A stretch of 64,000 bases of DNA from Thermodesulfovibrionales bacterium (GTDB taxonomy: Bacteria > Nitrospirota > Thermodesulfovibrionia > Thermodesulfovibrionales > SM23-35). Positions within the stretch are counted from its first letter, which is position 1. The number at the start of each line of letters is the position of its first letter. The notes under the pieces were generated by a model. The model was not told the DNA's origin. It did not search any database and saw only the letters and a program-made list of their open reading frames with translations. The position numbers and the translations under genes are program-made. Location: positions 25,058 through 89,057 of the forward strand of contig JAVHLL010000001.1 of assembly GCA_031082155.1 (NCBI GenBank). Direction: 5' to 3'. Positions 37,593 through 45,961 of this stretch are shown here, piece by piece.

Positions 37593-38963
37593 TTATATCT
37601 TTAATACATAATATCTTAGCCAGACGTAAACGGTTGCAACGAGAACGGTCATGACCATTATGGGCATACCGTAGAGCATGAACTTCCCGAAGGAGATCCT
37701 TTTGCCGAGCTTTTCAGACATGCCGACAACAATAACATTTGCCGATGCACCGATTGCGGTCCCGTTTCCGCCAAGACATGCGCCAAGAGCCAGTGACCAC
37801 CAGAGCGGCATCAGATCAGCATGATGGAGAAGCTGTGTCCCCGAAAGGTCCGGCCAGAGCTGCTTTGCCATATCAACGATCAATGGGTTCATGGTCGCAA
37901 CATACGGGATGTTGTCAATAAAGGCTGATGCAAAGGCAGAAAACCACATGACAACCATTGAGGTTGCGAACATGTTTCCCTGTGTTAACTCAAGGACTTG
38001 CACAGACATCCATTTTATGAGCCCTACCTTCACAACACCCCCAATAATAATGAAGAGACCCATGAAGAAAAAGATTGTCGGCCATTCTACTTCTGCGAGA
38101 ATATGATGCGGTTCGTGGGTTTTTGAAAGAAGGAGCAGGAGACCGGCGCCGAATAATGCTACTGTTGCAGGCTGGAAATGCAGCACTCCATGGAATATAA
38201 AACCGGTCAGAACAATTGCAAGGACGAAGAGTGATTTTTTCAGCATAACCGGGTCTTTGATGGCCTCATTTTCCTCCATGGACATGATTCTTGTTTTCAG
38301 TTCCTCTTTTGTCTTGAGTTTCTTGCCCCAGATGAGTTTTATCGCAAAGACGTAAAAAACCATTATGATAATGACAATAGGAGACAGATGGTATATGAAA
38401 TCCATAAAGCTGAGCTGGGCCTTTGAAGCTATCATGATATTCGGGGGGTCGCCGATAAGGGTTGCGGTACCACCGATGTTGGAAGCTAAAGCGCAGGAAA
38501 TGAGATAGGGCAGAGCGTCCACCTGTAATGCATCTGCAATGAGAATGGTCACCGGGACGATCAGGAGTACGGTGGTAACATTGTCAAGAAGTGCGCTTAA
38601 TACGGCGGTGACAATAGCAAATATTACCAAGATTCTGAATGGCTCACCTTTTCCCAACTTGGCGCTTTTTACTGCTATATATTCAAATACGCCGGTCGGT
38701 CTCATCAGGTTGATGATGACCATCATCGAGATAAGCAGGAAGATGACATTCCAGTCAATCCCGAATTCCTCTACATGAAATGCCTCGTGCTGTTCAAGAA
38801 TCTTGAGAATAAGCATTACCCCTGCGCCGAAGACTGCAACAATCGTTTTATGTATTTTTTCCGATACAATAACTGCATAAGCGATCAGGAATATCGCGGT
38901 CGCTATCCAGAACGAAGAACCCATAACAACCTGGGTTGTGGCAGCAGCAACTTCTTCGGTCAT
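37593..38963 (-). CDS. ArsB/NhaD/CitMHS-like permease (IT superfamily), copy A
   Basis: 456 aa, polytopic. ASNIGGTATLIGDPPNIMIAS and GGNGTAIGASANVIVVG motifs. The start overlaps the upstream CBS gene stop (ATGA). Confidence 0.85.
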   Translation of the reverse strand: MTEEVAAATTQVVMGSSFWIATAIFLIAYAVIVSEKIHKTIVAVFGAGVMLILKILEQHEAFHVEEFGIDWNVIFLLISMMVIINLMRPTGVFEYIAVKSAKLGKGEPFRILVIFAIVTAVLSALLDNVTTVLLIVPVTILIADALQVDALPYLISCALASNIGGTATLIGDPPNIMIASKAQLSFMDFIYHLSPIVIIIMVFYVFAIKLIWGKKLKTKEELKTRIMSMEENEAIKDPVMLKKSLFVLAIVLTGFIFHGVLHFQPATVALFGAGLLLLLSKTHEPHHILAEVEWPTIFFFMGLFIIIGGVVKVGLIKWMSVQVLELTQGNMFATSMVVMWFSAFASAFIDNIPYVATMNPLIVDMAKQLWPDLSGTQLLHHADLMPLWWSLALGACLGGNGTAIGASANVIVVGMSEKLGKRISFGKFMLYGMPIMVMTVLVATVYVWLRYYVLKI

Positions 38964-39448
38964 TTTCCACCTCCTGTATTTTCATTGATCATCGACTTGG
39001 TAATTTCGTAAAACATATCCCGTTCATAAAGCATCCCTGTCACCCTGTGCTCTTTGTTCAGAACAGGCACCCTCTTCACTTTATTTTTCAGCATATGGTC
39101 TATGCACTCCATCAGCGTTGCATCCTCTTTTACCGTAATTACCTTTGAGGTCATAAGGTCCCTGACCTTTTTCCCGGAAGCTTTTTGTGCAAACGTCTCG
39201 ACCATCCCATCCCATGCAAAGCTGCCAAGGTTCATTAAATCCATATAGGCAGGGTGGACTGCCTTAAGGATATCGCCTATGGAGAGTATTCCAATAAGAT
39301 TTCCTGATGCGTCAAGCACCGGCAGGGCTTTCACCCCAATTTTTTCTTCTCCTCTCAGCGCTATCCTGAGAAGGTTTGCTGCTTCTTTAAGAGTGTTGTC
39401 CGGCTCTAAATATTCCTGTAGTGGTATCATCAAATCCTTTGCCTTCAT
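38960..39448 (-). CDS. CBS-pair domain protein (162 aa), type 2, copy A
   Basis: MKAKDLMIPLQEYLEPDNTLKEAANLL...VLDASGNLIGILSIGDILKA...VKRVPVLNKEHRVTGMLYERD. Two CBS motifs. Confidence 0.85.
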   Translation of the reverse strand: MKAKDLMIPLQEYLEPDNTLKEAANLLRIALRGEEKIGVKALPVLDASGNLIGILSIGDILKAVHPAYMDLMNLGSFAWDGMVETFAQKASGKKVRDLMTSKVITVKEDATLMECIDHMLKNKVKRVPVLNKEHRVTGMLYERDMFYEITKSMINENTGGGK

Positions 39449-39569
39449 AAGACCTCCATTCCGTAAACTAATAAAAAAATCTCTTGTCCGGTAATCCCTC
39501 AGGCCTTCCCAGCCGTGAACATCCCGTCAAGGGAGGGGAAGTATTGGGACATTGTGTATCTGTTGTTTC

Positions 39570-41084
39570 TTATTTCAGTAATATCGGCATCCCTAATATT
39601 GGCCATACCGTGAACAGTGCGATCCCGAGTACAACGATCAGAATAATGCTCAGGGGGATACCGTGCATAAAAAATTCACCTGTGCTGAACTGTTTAGACT
39701 CATAGGCAATCGCATTCGGAGCCGCGCCGATAAGGAGGATGAAAGGCATGCCCGCTGTCACGAGAGAAGCATACAGAATTACGTCAGGTGCTACACCGAG
39801 ATACCCGGCGACAACAAGAGAAACAGGTAATGCAATGGCAATTGCTGCCACGTTCATGATGAAATTCGTCATAATCAGGACAAAGGTTGCGATGCTCAAA
39901 ACAAATACGAACCAAGGGGCGTTCTGGAACATGACCAGCCAGTTAACCGCCATCCACTGGGCAGCGCCTGTCTTCCAGAGACAGAAGCCGATGCTCATTG
40001 CGCCGCTGAAAAGGAGGATGATATTCCAGGGGATATCTTCCAGTTCTTTCACTGTCAAAACTTTGAATATGAAGAACAGGAGCGTCGAAACGAGCATGAT
40101 CGAGGCCCTGTCCAACGACTTTAACGCAGGAACAAAGGACTGCATTGACATGACGACCACTACACCGAGAACACAAATGATTACAAACTTTTCGTTAAAT
40201 GAAAGAGGGCCCAGTTCACTGGATAATCTTTTTACCTTCTCCCTTAATCCTGTGATAACCTTTTTCTCTGCTTTCATGAATATCATGAGATAGCCCCATA
40301 TAATAAAGACCATAATCCAACCGATGAGGAACATATATTTGGTGAGTTCAAAAAAGCCGATATCCCTTCCGGTAAATTCCTTGAACATACCTGCTGCTGC
40401 CGGTCCACGCGCAGCTCCGAGAAACGTGATGATGCTCCCGGCTCCGGCGGCATACGCCATGCCGATAAAAAGAGATTTGCCGAATTTAGTCTGTTTATCA
40501 CCTTCCCCGTAAAGGGCATAGACTGCAAGCAGAATAGGGAAGACAGTGGCTGCCGCAGCCGTGTGTGCCATTAAGTGTGAGAGTCCGGCGGTTACCACAA
40601 GACAGCCCAACAGGATCATGCTCGTTCTCTCTCCGACTACTTCAAGCATTTTATAGGCAAGCCGCTTTGTGAGCCCTGATTTTGTGAATGCCAGCCCTAC
40701 GACTACAGAGCCGAAGATGAACATGACGGACGGGTCCATAAAATCTCTGAACGCATCTTTGGCCGTCCTGATTGCAAACAGTGCCTGAAAAACCCCGATA
40801 GCAAGGGATGTAACGCCAATTGGCAGAACTTCAAACACCCACCAGGTGCCGGCAAGCAAGAACAGTGCAATGGCTCCTTTCCCTTCCTTCGAGAGGGGGA
40901 ATGCTTTGCCTGTGGGGTCTAATGCATCAGGCCAAGGGGGCATAAAATAGATCCACAAAAAGAGGCCTAATCCAATAAGGATAAACATAACCCGTTTCCA
41001 GTCAAATTTGTCTTTGGTTTCTGCAAGAACAATTTCAGGCGGTGGTTGGGGTAACCCCTCTGATTGTTTTTTCTGATCAGCCAT
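39570..41084 (-). CDS. DASS/SLC13-like anion permease, copy B
   Basis: 504 aa. The first 54 aa are identical to copy A (inside the perfect repeat). The remainder is diverged. Confidence 0.85.
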   Translation of the reverse strand: MADQKKQSEGLPQPPPEIVLAETKDKFDWKRVMFILIGLGLFLWIYFMPPWPDALDPTGKAFPLSKEGKGAIALFLLAGTWWVFEVLPIGVTSLAIGVFQALFAIRTAKDAFRDFMDPSVMFIFGSVVVGLAFTKSGLTKRLAYKMLEVVGERTSMILLGCLVVTAGLSHLMAHTAAAATVFPILLAVYALYGEGDKQTKFGKSLFIGMAYAAGAGSIITFLGAARGPAAAGMFKEFTGRDIGFFELTKYMFLIGWIMVFIIWGYLMIFMKAEKKVITGLREKVKRLSSELGPLSFNEKFVIICVLGVVVVMSMQSFVPALKSLDRASIMLVSTLLFFIFKVLTVKELEDIPWNIILLFSGAMSIGFCLWKTGAAQWMAVNWLVMFQNAPWFVFVLSIATFVLIMTNFIMNVAAIAIALPVSLVVAGYLGVAPDVILYASLVTAGMPFILLIGAAPNAIAYESKQFSTGEFFMHGIPLSIILIVVLGIALFTVWPILGMPILLK

Positions 41085-42329
41085 AATATTGCCTCCTTAT
41101 TCCTTGATAAGTGAATCGGAAATTTCATCAAAGACTTCGATCATCCGTACGAGACCGACGAACTTCTTCTTGTTCTCTAAAACCGGCAGGAGAACAAGGT
41201 CGTGATGCACCATCAGATATGCCGCTTTGGTTACCGGATCGGCCGGATCAACAAACTGTTTTGCAGGGGCCATTATCTCGCTGACCGGCTTCTCCGCAAG
41301 CTCTTTCGACTGTTTGGTGAAAAGCGTATCCCAGATTAAAGAGAGTTCAGATTCCTGTTCCTTGTATCCCTGAGCCTTTTCTGAACCCTGCATAAACCTT
41401 GGTTCCAGCCCTCTGAGGATATCCTTCAGGGTAAGGGTCCCCATGAGGTTGTACTTTTCGTCGAACACCAGTATCGCCATCGGCTCAGGGTACTTCTTCG
41501 AGCTGATAAACGACACCTTGATAATCCTTACCGCCTGGTTGATCGTAAACCAGTAAGGGATGTGGGGATACTCAAAAATACCGATCATTACATCTTTCAC
41601 AAGTTTTCCGTCTGCCATAACACCCTCCTTTTTATGCAACCTTTCTTTCGAATTCCATGAAAATTCTGAACCTGTCCGATTTCTTCACCGACTGCATGTA
41701 CATGATCAGGGTATCTCCCGAATAAAATTGCTGGGTGAGCAGAGAAGCGGGAGCGCCTTCGGGGAGGTTCAGCAAACGAGCCTCATCTGTTTTCAGATGG
41801 GTAAGCTCGATAAAATTCTTTACCCTGGTAATTTTTATGCCGTATTTTTTTTCGAAGAGATCAAAAAGGGAACGGGTTTCGATGTCGTCTTCCAGGAGGA
41901 GAGGGCAGAGATGGTAGGGGATATAGCATTCCTGTACCATAACCGGCTCATCCTGGACGGACCAGAGTCTTTTGATATAGATGACATGCTTTTCAGGGGA
42001 TATGTCGAGAAGAGTATCAAGGCCATTCAACGGCATCATGACAGTTCTGGCAAGGACCTGCGGGGAAAAGGGGATCCCCTCTTCGAAGCACAGTTCTCTG
42101 AGATGCGCCTGCATATTCAGCCCTTCAGCTTGAGAGGTCCTGGAGATGAAAGTTCCTTTTCCCTGCTGACGCTTCAGGTACCCCTGCCTGACAAGCTCCA
42201 TAACGGCTGTTCTTACGGTGACCCTGCTGACATTAAATGTTTTGCAAAGCTCTTCTTCCGTTGGAATTTGTGCGCCTAACACCCATTCGCTCTTCTCGAT
42301 TTTATTCTTGAAAATTTCGTACAACTGGT
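40927..42329. repeat. 1403-bp perfect direct repeat, copy 2
   Basis: See copy 1 at 35782-37184. Confidence 0.9.
41097..41618 (-). CDS. CBS-pair domain protein (173 aa), copy B (identical to copy A)
   Basis: The translated ORF is identical to 35952-36494. Confidence 0.85.
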   Translation of the reverse strand: MADGKLVKDVMIGIFEYPHIPYWFTINQAVRIIKVSFISSKKYPEPMAILVFDEKYNLMGTLTLKDILRGLEPRFMQGSEKAQGYKEQESELSLIWDTLFTKQSKELAEKPVSEIMAPAKQFVDPADPVTKAAYLMVHHDLVLLPVLENKKKFVGLVRMIEVFDEISDSLIKE

Positions 42330-42369
42330 AATATAATTTTTGGTGGTCTTCCCTATCGATAAGTTCCAT
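41632..42369 (-). CDS. GntR/UTRA regulator, paralog 3 (copy B)
   Basis: MELIDREDHQKLYYQLYEIF... It is identical to copy A from about residue 15 onward. The start is set at MELID (42369) rather than the tracked 42390. Confidence 0.9.
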   Translation of the reverse strand: MELIDREDHQKLYYQLYEIFKNKIEKSEWVLGAQIPTEEELCKTFNVSRVTVRTAVMELVRQGYLKRQQGKGTFISRTSQAEGLNMQAHLRELCFEEGIPFSPQVLARTVMMPLNGLDTLLDISPEKHVIYIKRLWSVQDEPVMVQECYIPYHLCPLLLEDDIETRSLFDLFEKKYGIKITRVKNFIELTHLKTDEARLLNLPEGAPASLLTQQFYSGDTLIMYMQSVKKSDRFRIFMEFERKVA

Positions 42370-42371
42370 AA

Positions 42372-42389
42372 TATTACTATGTAATAACA
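42372..42389. promoter_or_regulatory. AT-rich palindrome abutting the GntR copy B start
   Basis: TATTAC-TAT-GTAATAACA. It contains the 10-mer TGTAATAACA, which is the reverse complement of TGTTATTACA in the 57254 palindrome. Confidence 0.25.
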
Positions 42390-42445
42390 ATATAATAAAT
42401 AATCGTTACAACAATATGCTATAGTATTTCAAGGACCCGATATGT

Positions 42446-42494
42446 TTCAATCGGGTACATACTGTATTTATATCGGGTATTTACTGTATATTTG
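42446..42494. promoter_or_regulatory. tandem 22-bp direct repeat upstream of GntR copy B
   Basis: TCGGGTACATACTGTATTTA at 42451-42470 and TCGGGTATTTACTGTATATT at 42473-42492. An overlapping dyad CCCGAT-N8-ATCGGG lies at 42436-42455. Confidence 0.3.
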
Positions 42495-42830
42495 AGTGCC
42501 TGTGCAATTTATTTAGCTTCAAAAATATAGATAAAAAACATATATGAATCAATCTATTATGCTAATTTAATCGCTATAGACAAGAATCAGGAAGGGCTAT
42601 GCTATCTGGTTCCCGAATGCATGGAAAGAGGGATTGACTCAAAAGGAGCAGTTTTTATCGCTGTTTTTTCAGTCAGAGAATGTCGTGAGCCATATTGACT
42701 GTTCTGTTTTTCCTCCTTTTCTTCATTTTAATCTTCGATTCGCTATGGTATAGTTCTATCATGAATCCCCCAAAGCCCATTTGGTATAGTAATTGTTGGG
42801 TGATGAACAAGCAATTGAGAAAGGAGCACA

Positions 42831-43580
42831 ATGACAGAACAATCTGAACAACAAAAATTCGCAGTGTTGATTGATGGAGACAATGCACAAGCTTCCCTTC
42901 TTCCTCAGGTTTTGGCGGAGGTGAGCAAGTTCGGGTTGATCACCATAAAGCGGATATATGGAGACTGGACGACGACCAGCATGAACAGCTGGAAGCCTGC
43001 ACTCCACAAGCATGCTATTCAACCGATTCAGCAATTTCGGTACACAGTTGGCAAAAACGCAACTGACAGTGCGATGATAATCGACGCGATGGATCTGCTC
43101 CATAGCAGTGATGTTGAAGGCTTCTGCATTGTTGCCAGTGACAGTGACTACACGCGGTTGGCAACAAGGATCAGAGAAGAAGGTCTCTTTGTCATTGGGG
43201 TCGGTGAAAAGAAGACTCCCGAAGCGTTCACCAATGCCTGCAATCAATTCGTTTACTGTGAGAACCTGACAGATACCCATAAGAAAAGAAGGAAGCAGAA
43301 TAAGGTTGAAGAGTCCAGCGCCCCGGATCCCATGCCCCTTCTTCTTCAGGCGTTCGAGACTGTTGTAAAGGATGAAGAATGGGTCCACTTGTCAGCGATG
43401 GGTTTTGTTCTCCATAAACTGGACCCGGCATTCGATCCTCGAACGTACGGTCACAAGAAACTTCAGTCCCTCATCAAGGACTATCCGGGCGCGTTTACGT
43501 TGAAACGAGACGATTCAACTAAGCCGCCAGTAGTCTATGTTGCCCTGACCGCCCAACAGGAGGATTCAGGCGACGCTTAA
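42831..43580 (+). CDS. NYN-domain (LabA-like) protein with C-terminal OST-HTH/LOTUS domain
   Basis: FAVLIDGDNA...IKRIYGDW...GKNATDSAMIIDAMDLL...FCIVASDSDYTRLATRIREEG..VIGVG is the NYN pattern. The C-terminal WVHLSAMGFVLHKLDPAFDPRTYGHKKLQSLIKDYP is LOTUS-like. Confidence 0.85.
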   Translation: MTEQSEQQKFAVLIDGDNAQASLLPQVLAEVSKFGLITIKRIYGDWTTTSMNSWKPALHKHAIQPIQQFRYTVGKNATDSAMIIDAMDLLHSSDVEGFCIVASDSDYTRLATRIREEGLFVIGVGEKKTPEAFTNACNQFVYCENLTDTHKKRRKQNKVEESSAPDPMPLLLQAFETVVKDEEWVHLSAMGFVLHKLDPAFDPRTYGHKKLQSLIKDYPGAFTLKRDDSTKPPVVYVALTAQQEDSGDA

Positions 43581-43956
43581 CTGCGCGCCTGTTTCTAAAC
43601 GGCATGAATTTCTCCTGATAATCCTCAAATATTTACCATTCATTCATCGGATTATTGGCAGGGGGCATTAAGAAAAATATGGTGTTTCTTCTGGAGAGAA
43701 AGATGCACAGCATAACCCGATAAGCATAAATTCAGGTGACAGCTTCCATTTCCGGGTATTTGTTACACCTGCCCTCTCTGTGGATGCAACTATGTATCCC
43801 CGGTTGCAAAATGTTATTTGTAGCAGTTCATATTCTTGAGAGATATTTATCGATATAATTACTGTTGATACCTTGACAGATTGATTCATTTAATAGGAAA
43901 ATATCATAGGGTTCAGAAATAGTTTTTATTTCTGAAGGGAGTACAAAAAGATAGTC

Positions 43957-43998
43957 GGGCCGCTATCAGGTGGATAGCCACTTGGTGCGGCCTTTTTT
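43957..43998 (+). terminator. terminator-like hairpin plus T6 upstream of the plus-strand CBS/permease pair
   Basis: GGCCGC...GCGGCC outer stem with an inner GCTATC-AGGTG-GATAGC, followed by TTTTTT. Its 5' part (AAAGATA-GTCGGGCCGCTATC) matches the stop-codon and terminator junction of permease copy A. Confidence 0.5.
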
Positions 43999-44030
43999 AT
44001 TTGCTGACAATTTATCTCAGGGAGGTGCGA

Positions 44031-44522
44031 ATGAAAGCTAAGGATTTAATGATACCTTTACAGGAATATTTAACTCCAGATCATACGCTCAAAGAAGCAG
44101 CTAATTTTCTCAGGATAGCCGGGAGAGGAGAAGAGAAGATTGGAGTTAAAGCTCTGCCTGTTCTTGATACGAAAGGGAAATTAATAGGTATTCTTTCGAT
44201 CGGCGACATACTCAAAGCCGTTTATCCGAAATATATGTATCAAATGGATTTGGGAAGCTTTACATGGGATGGAATGGTTGAAACAATTGCAAAAAAAATG
44301 GCTGATAGAAAAGTGAAAGATTTTATGACACAAATGGTTATCACAATTAGGGAAGATGCGCCAATCATGGAGTGTGTCGATCAAATGCTGAAACATAATG
44401 TTAAAAGAGTACCTGTACTGAATAAGGAGAACAAGGTCATCGGGATATTGTATGAAAGAGATATTTTCTTTTTCATTACAAATGCCATGCAGAACAGCGT
44501 GGAGGTGCAAAATGACGAATGA
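44031..44522 (+). CDS. CBS-pair domain protein (163 aa), type 2, copy B
   Basis: MKAKDLMIPLQEYLTPDHTLKEAANFLRIAGRGEEKIGVKALPVLD... It is a paralog of 38960-39448. The start is ATG 44031 after GGAGGTG. Confidence 0.85.
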   Translation: MKAKDLMIPLQEYLTPDHTLKEAANFLRIAGRGEEKIGVKALPVLDTKGKLIGILSIGDILKAVYPKYMYQMDLGSFTWDGMVETIAKKMADRKVKDFMTQMVITIREDAPIMECVDQMLKHNVKRVPVLNKENKVIGILYERDIFFFITNAMQNSVEVQNDE

Positions 44523-45882
44523 GCCAATTGTTTCTGCACAGCCTTTTGTAATGGATACTGCATTTTGGACAGCAACTGCTATCTTTCTTGTTGCCTATGC
44601 AATAATCGTATCCGAAAAGGTTCATAAAACAGTCGTAGCCATCTTTGCTGCCAGCCTTATGATTGTCTTAAAGATTCTTGAACAGCATGAGGCCTTTCAT
44701 GTTGAAGAGCTTGGCGTGGACTGGAATGTCATATTCCTTCTCATATCCATGATGGTGATCATAAACCTGATGAGGCCGAGCGGTATTTTTGAGTATATAG
44801 CGATAAAAAGCGCGAAGTTGGGAAAAGGTGAGCCATTCAGGATCATGGCAATTTTTGCTGTTGTCACGGCGGTTCTCAGTGCGTTACTTGATAATGTCAC
44901 AACCGTGCTTTTGATAACTCCCGTAACCGTTCTTATCGCAGACGCACTGGAAATCGATCCGATCCCTTATCTTATTTCATGTGCCCTTGCATCGAATATT
45001 GGCGGCACGGCAACGCTTATCGGCGATCCCCCCAATATTATGATTGCTTCGAAGGCATACCTTACCTTCATGGATTTTATCTATCATTTGACTCCAATCG
45101 TTATCGTACTGATGGTTGTTTATATTCTGACTATAAAAGTGATCTGGGGCAAGAAGCTCAAAACAAAGGATAGCCTGAAGAAAAGAATTATGGAAATGGA
45201 CGAAAGGGGAGCCATTAAAGACCCTGTTATGCTGAAGAAAGCTCTTTTTGTTCTAGCCCTTGTTCTGACAGGTTTCGTATTTCACGGCGCACTCCATTTA
45301 CAGCCTGCGACCATAGCCCTTTTCGGGGCAGGTCTCCTGCTGCTGCTTTCAAAAACCCATGAGCCACATCATATCCTGGCAGAAGTCGAATGGCCGACCA
45401 TTTTCTTTTTCATAGGGCTGTTCATAATCGTGGGGGGAGTAGTAAAAGTAGGTCTGATAAAATGGATGTCTCTACAAATTCTTGATTTGACCCAGGGCAA
45501 TATGTTTGCGACCTCAATGGTTGTCATGTGGTTTTCCGCCTTCGCATCAGCGATTGTGGATAACATACCCTATGTTGCAACCATGAACCCGCTGGTCATT
45601 GATATGGCAAAACAGCTCTGGCCGAAGCTCTCAGGATTACAATTGCTGCACCATCCTGACCTAATGCCTGTCTGGTGGTCATTGGCATTAGGTGCGTGTC
45701 TTGGCGGAAATGGCTCAGCCATTGGTGCATCTGCAAATGTGATAGTCATCGGTTTATCTGAAAAGGCCGGCAACAAGATTTCTTTTATGAAGTTCATGGC
45801 ATACGGAATGCCGATCATGATAATAACAGTGGCTATCTCGACTGTCTATGTATGGCTGAGATATTATGTGTTGAAGATATGA
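44512..45882 (+). CDS. ArsB/NhaD/CitMHS-like permease, copy B
   Basis: 456 aa from ATG 44512 (RBS GGAGGTG). It is about 80 percent identical by eye to 37593-38963 and overlaps the CBS gene by 11 nt. Confidence 0.85.
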   Translation: MTNEPIVSAQPFVMDTAFWTATAIFLVAYAIIVSEKVHKTVVAIFAASLMIVLKILEQHEAFHVEELGVDWNVIFLLISMMVIINLMRPSGIFEYIAIKSAKLGKGEPFRIMAIFAVVTAVLSALLDNVTTVLLITPVTVLIADALEIDPIPYLISCALASNIGGTATLIGDPPNIMIASKAYLTFMDFIYHLTPIVIVLMVVYILTIKVIWGKKLKTKDSLKKRIMEMDERGAIKDPVMLKKALFVLALVLTGFVFHGALHLQPATIALFGAGLLLLLSKTHEPHHILAEVEWPTIFFFIGLFIIVGGVVKVGLIKWMSLQILDLTQGNMFATSMVVMWFSAFASAIVDNIPYVATMNPLVIDMAKQLWPKLSGLQLLHHPDLMPVWWSLALGACLGGNGSAIGASANVIVIGLSEKAGNKISFMKFMAYGMPIMIITVAISTVYVWLRYYVLKI

Positions 45883-45961
45883 GAGAGAAAAGCGCTCATC
45901 CATACTTTCCATTTTTATCCGCCTTTGCAAAAAAAGGGCAGGTGAGGGGTCAATTTTATTG

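Noticed and set aside
42451-42492. A LexA/SOS-box-like TACTGTAT sequence in the tandem repeats.
   Set aside because: There is no matching CAGTA/ACAG half-site at the required spacing. The units are direct repeats, not inverted, so this is not an SOS box.
42673-43388. 71-aa and 209-aa minus-strand ORFs.
   Set aside because: They overlap the NYN/LOTUS gene, which has clear domain motifs, and they lie antisense to it.
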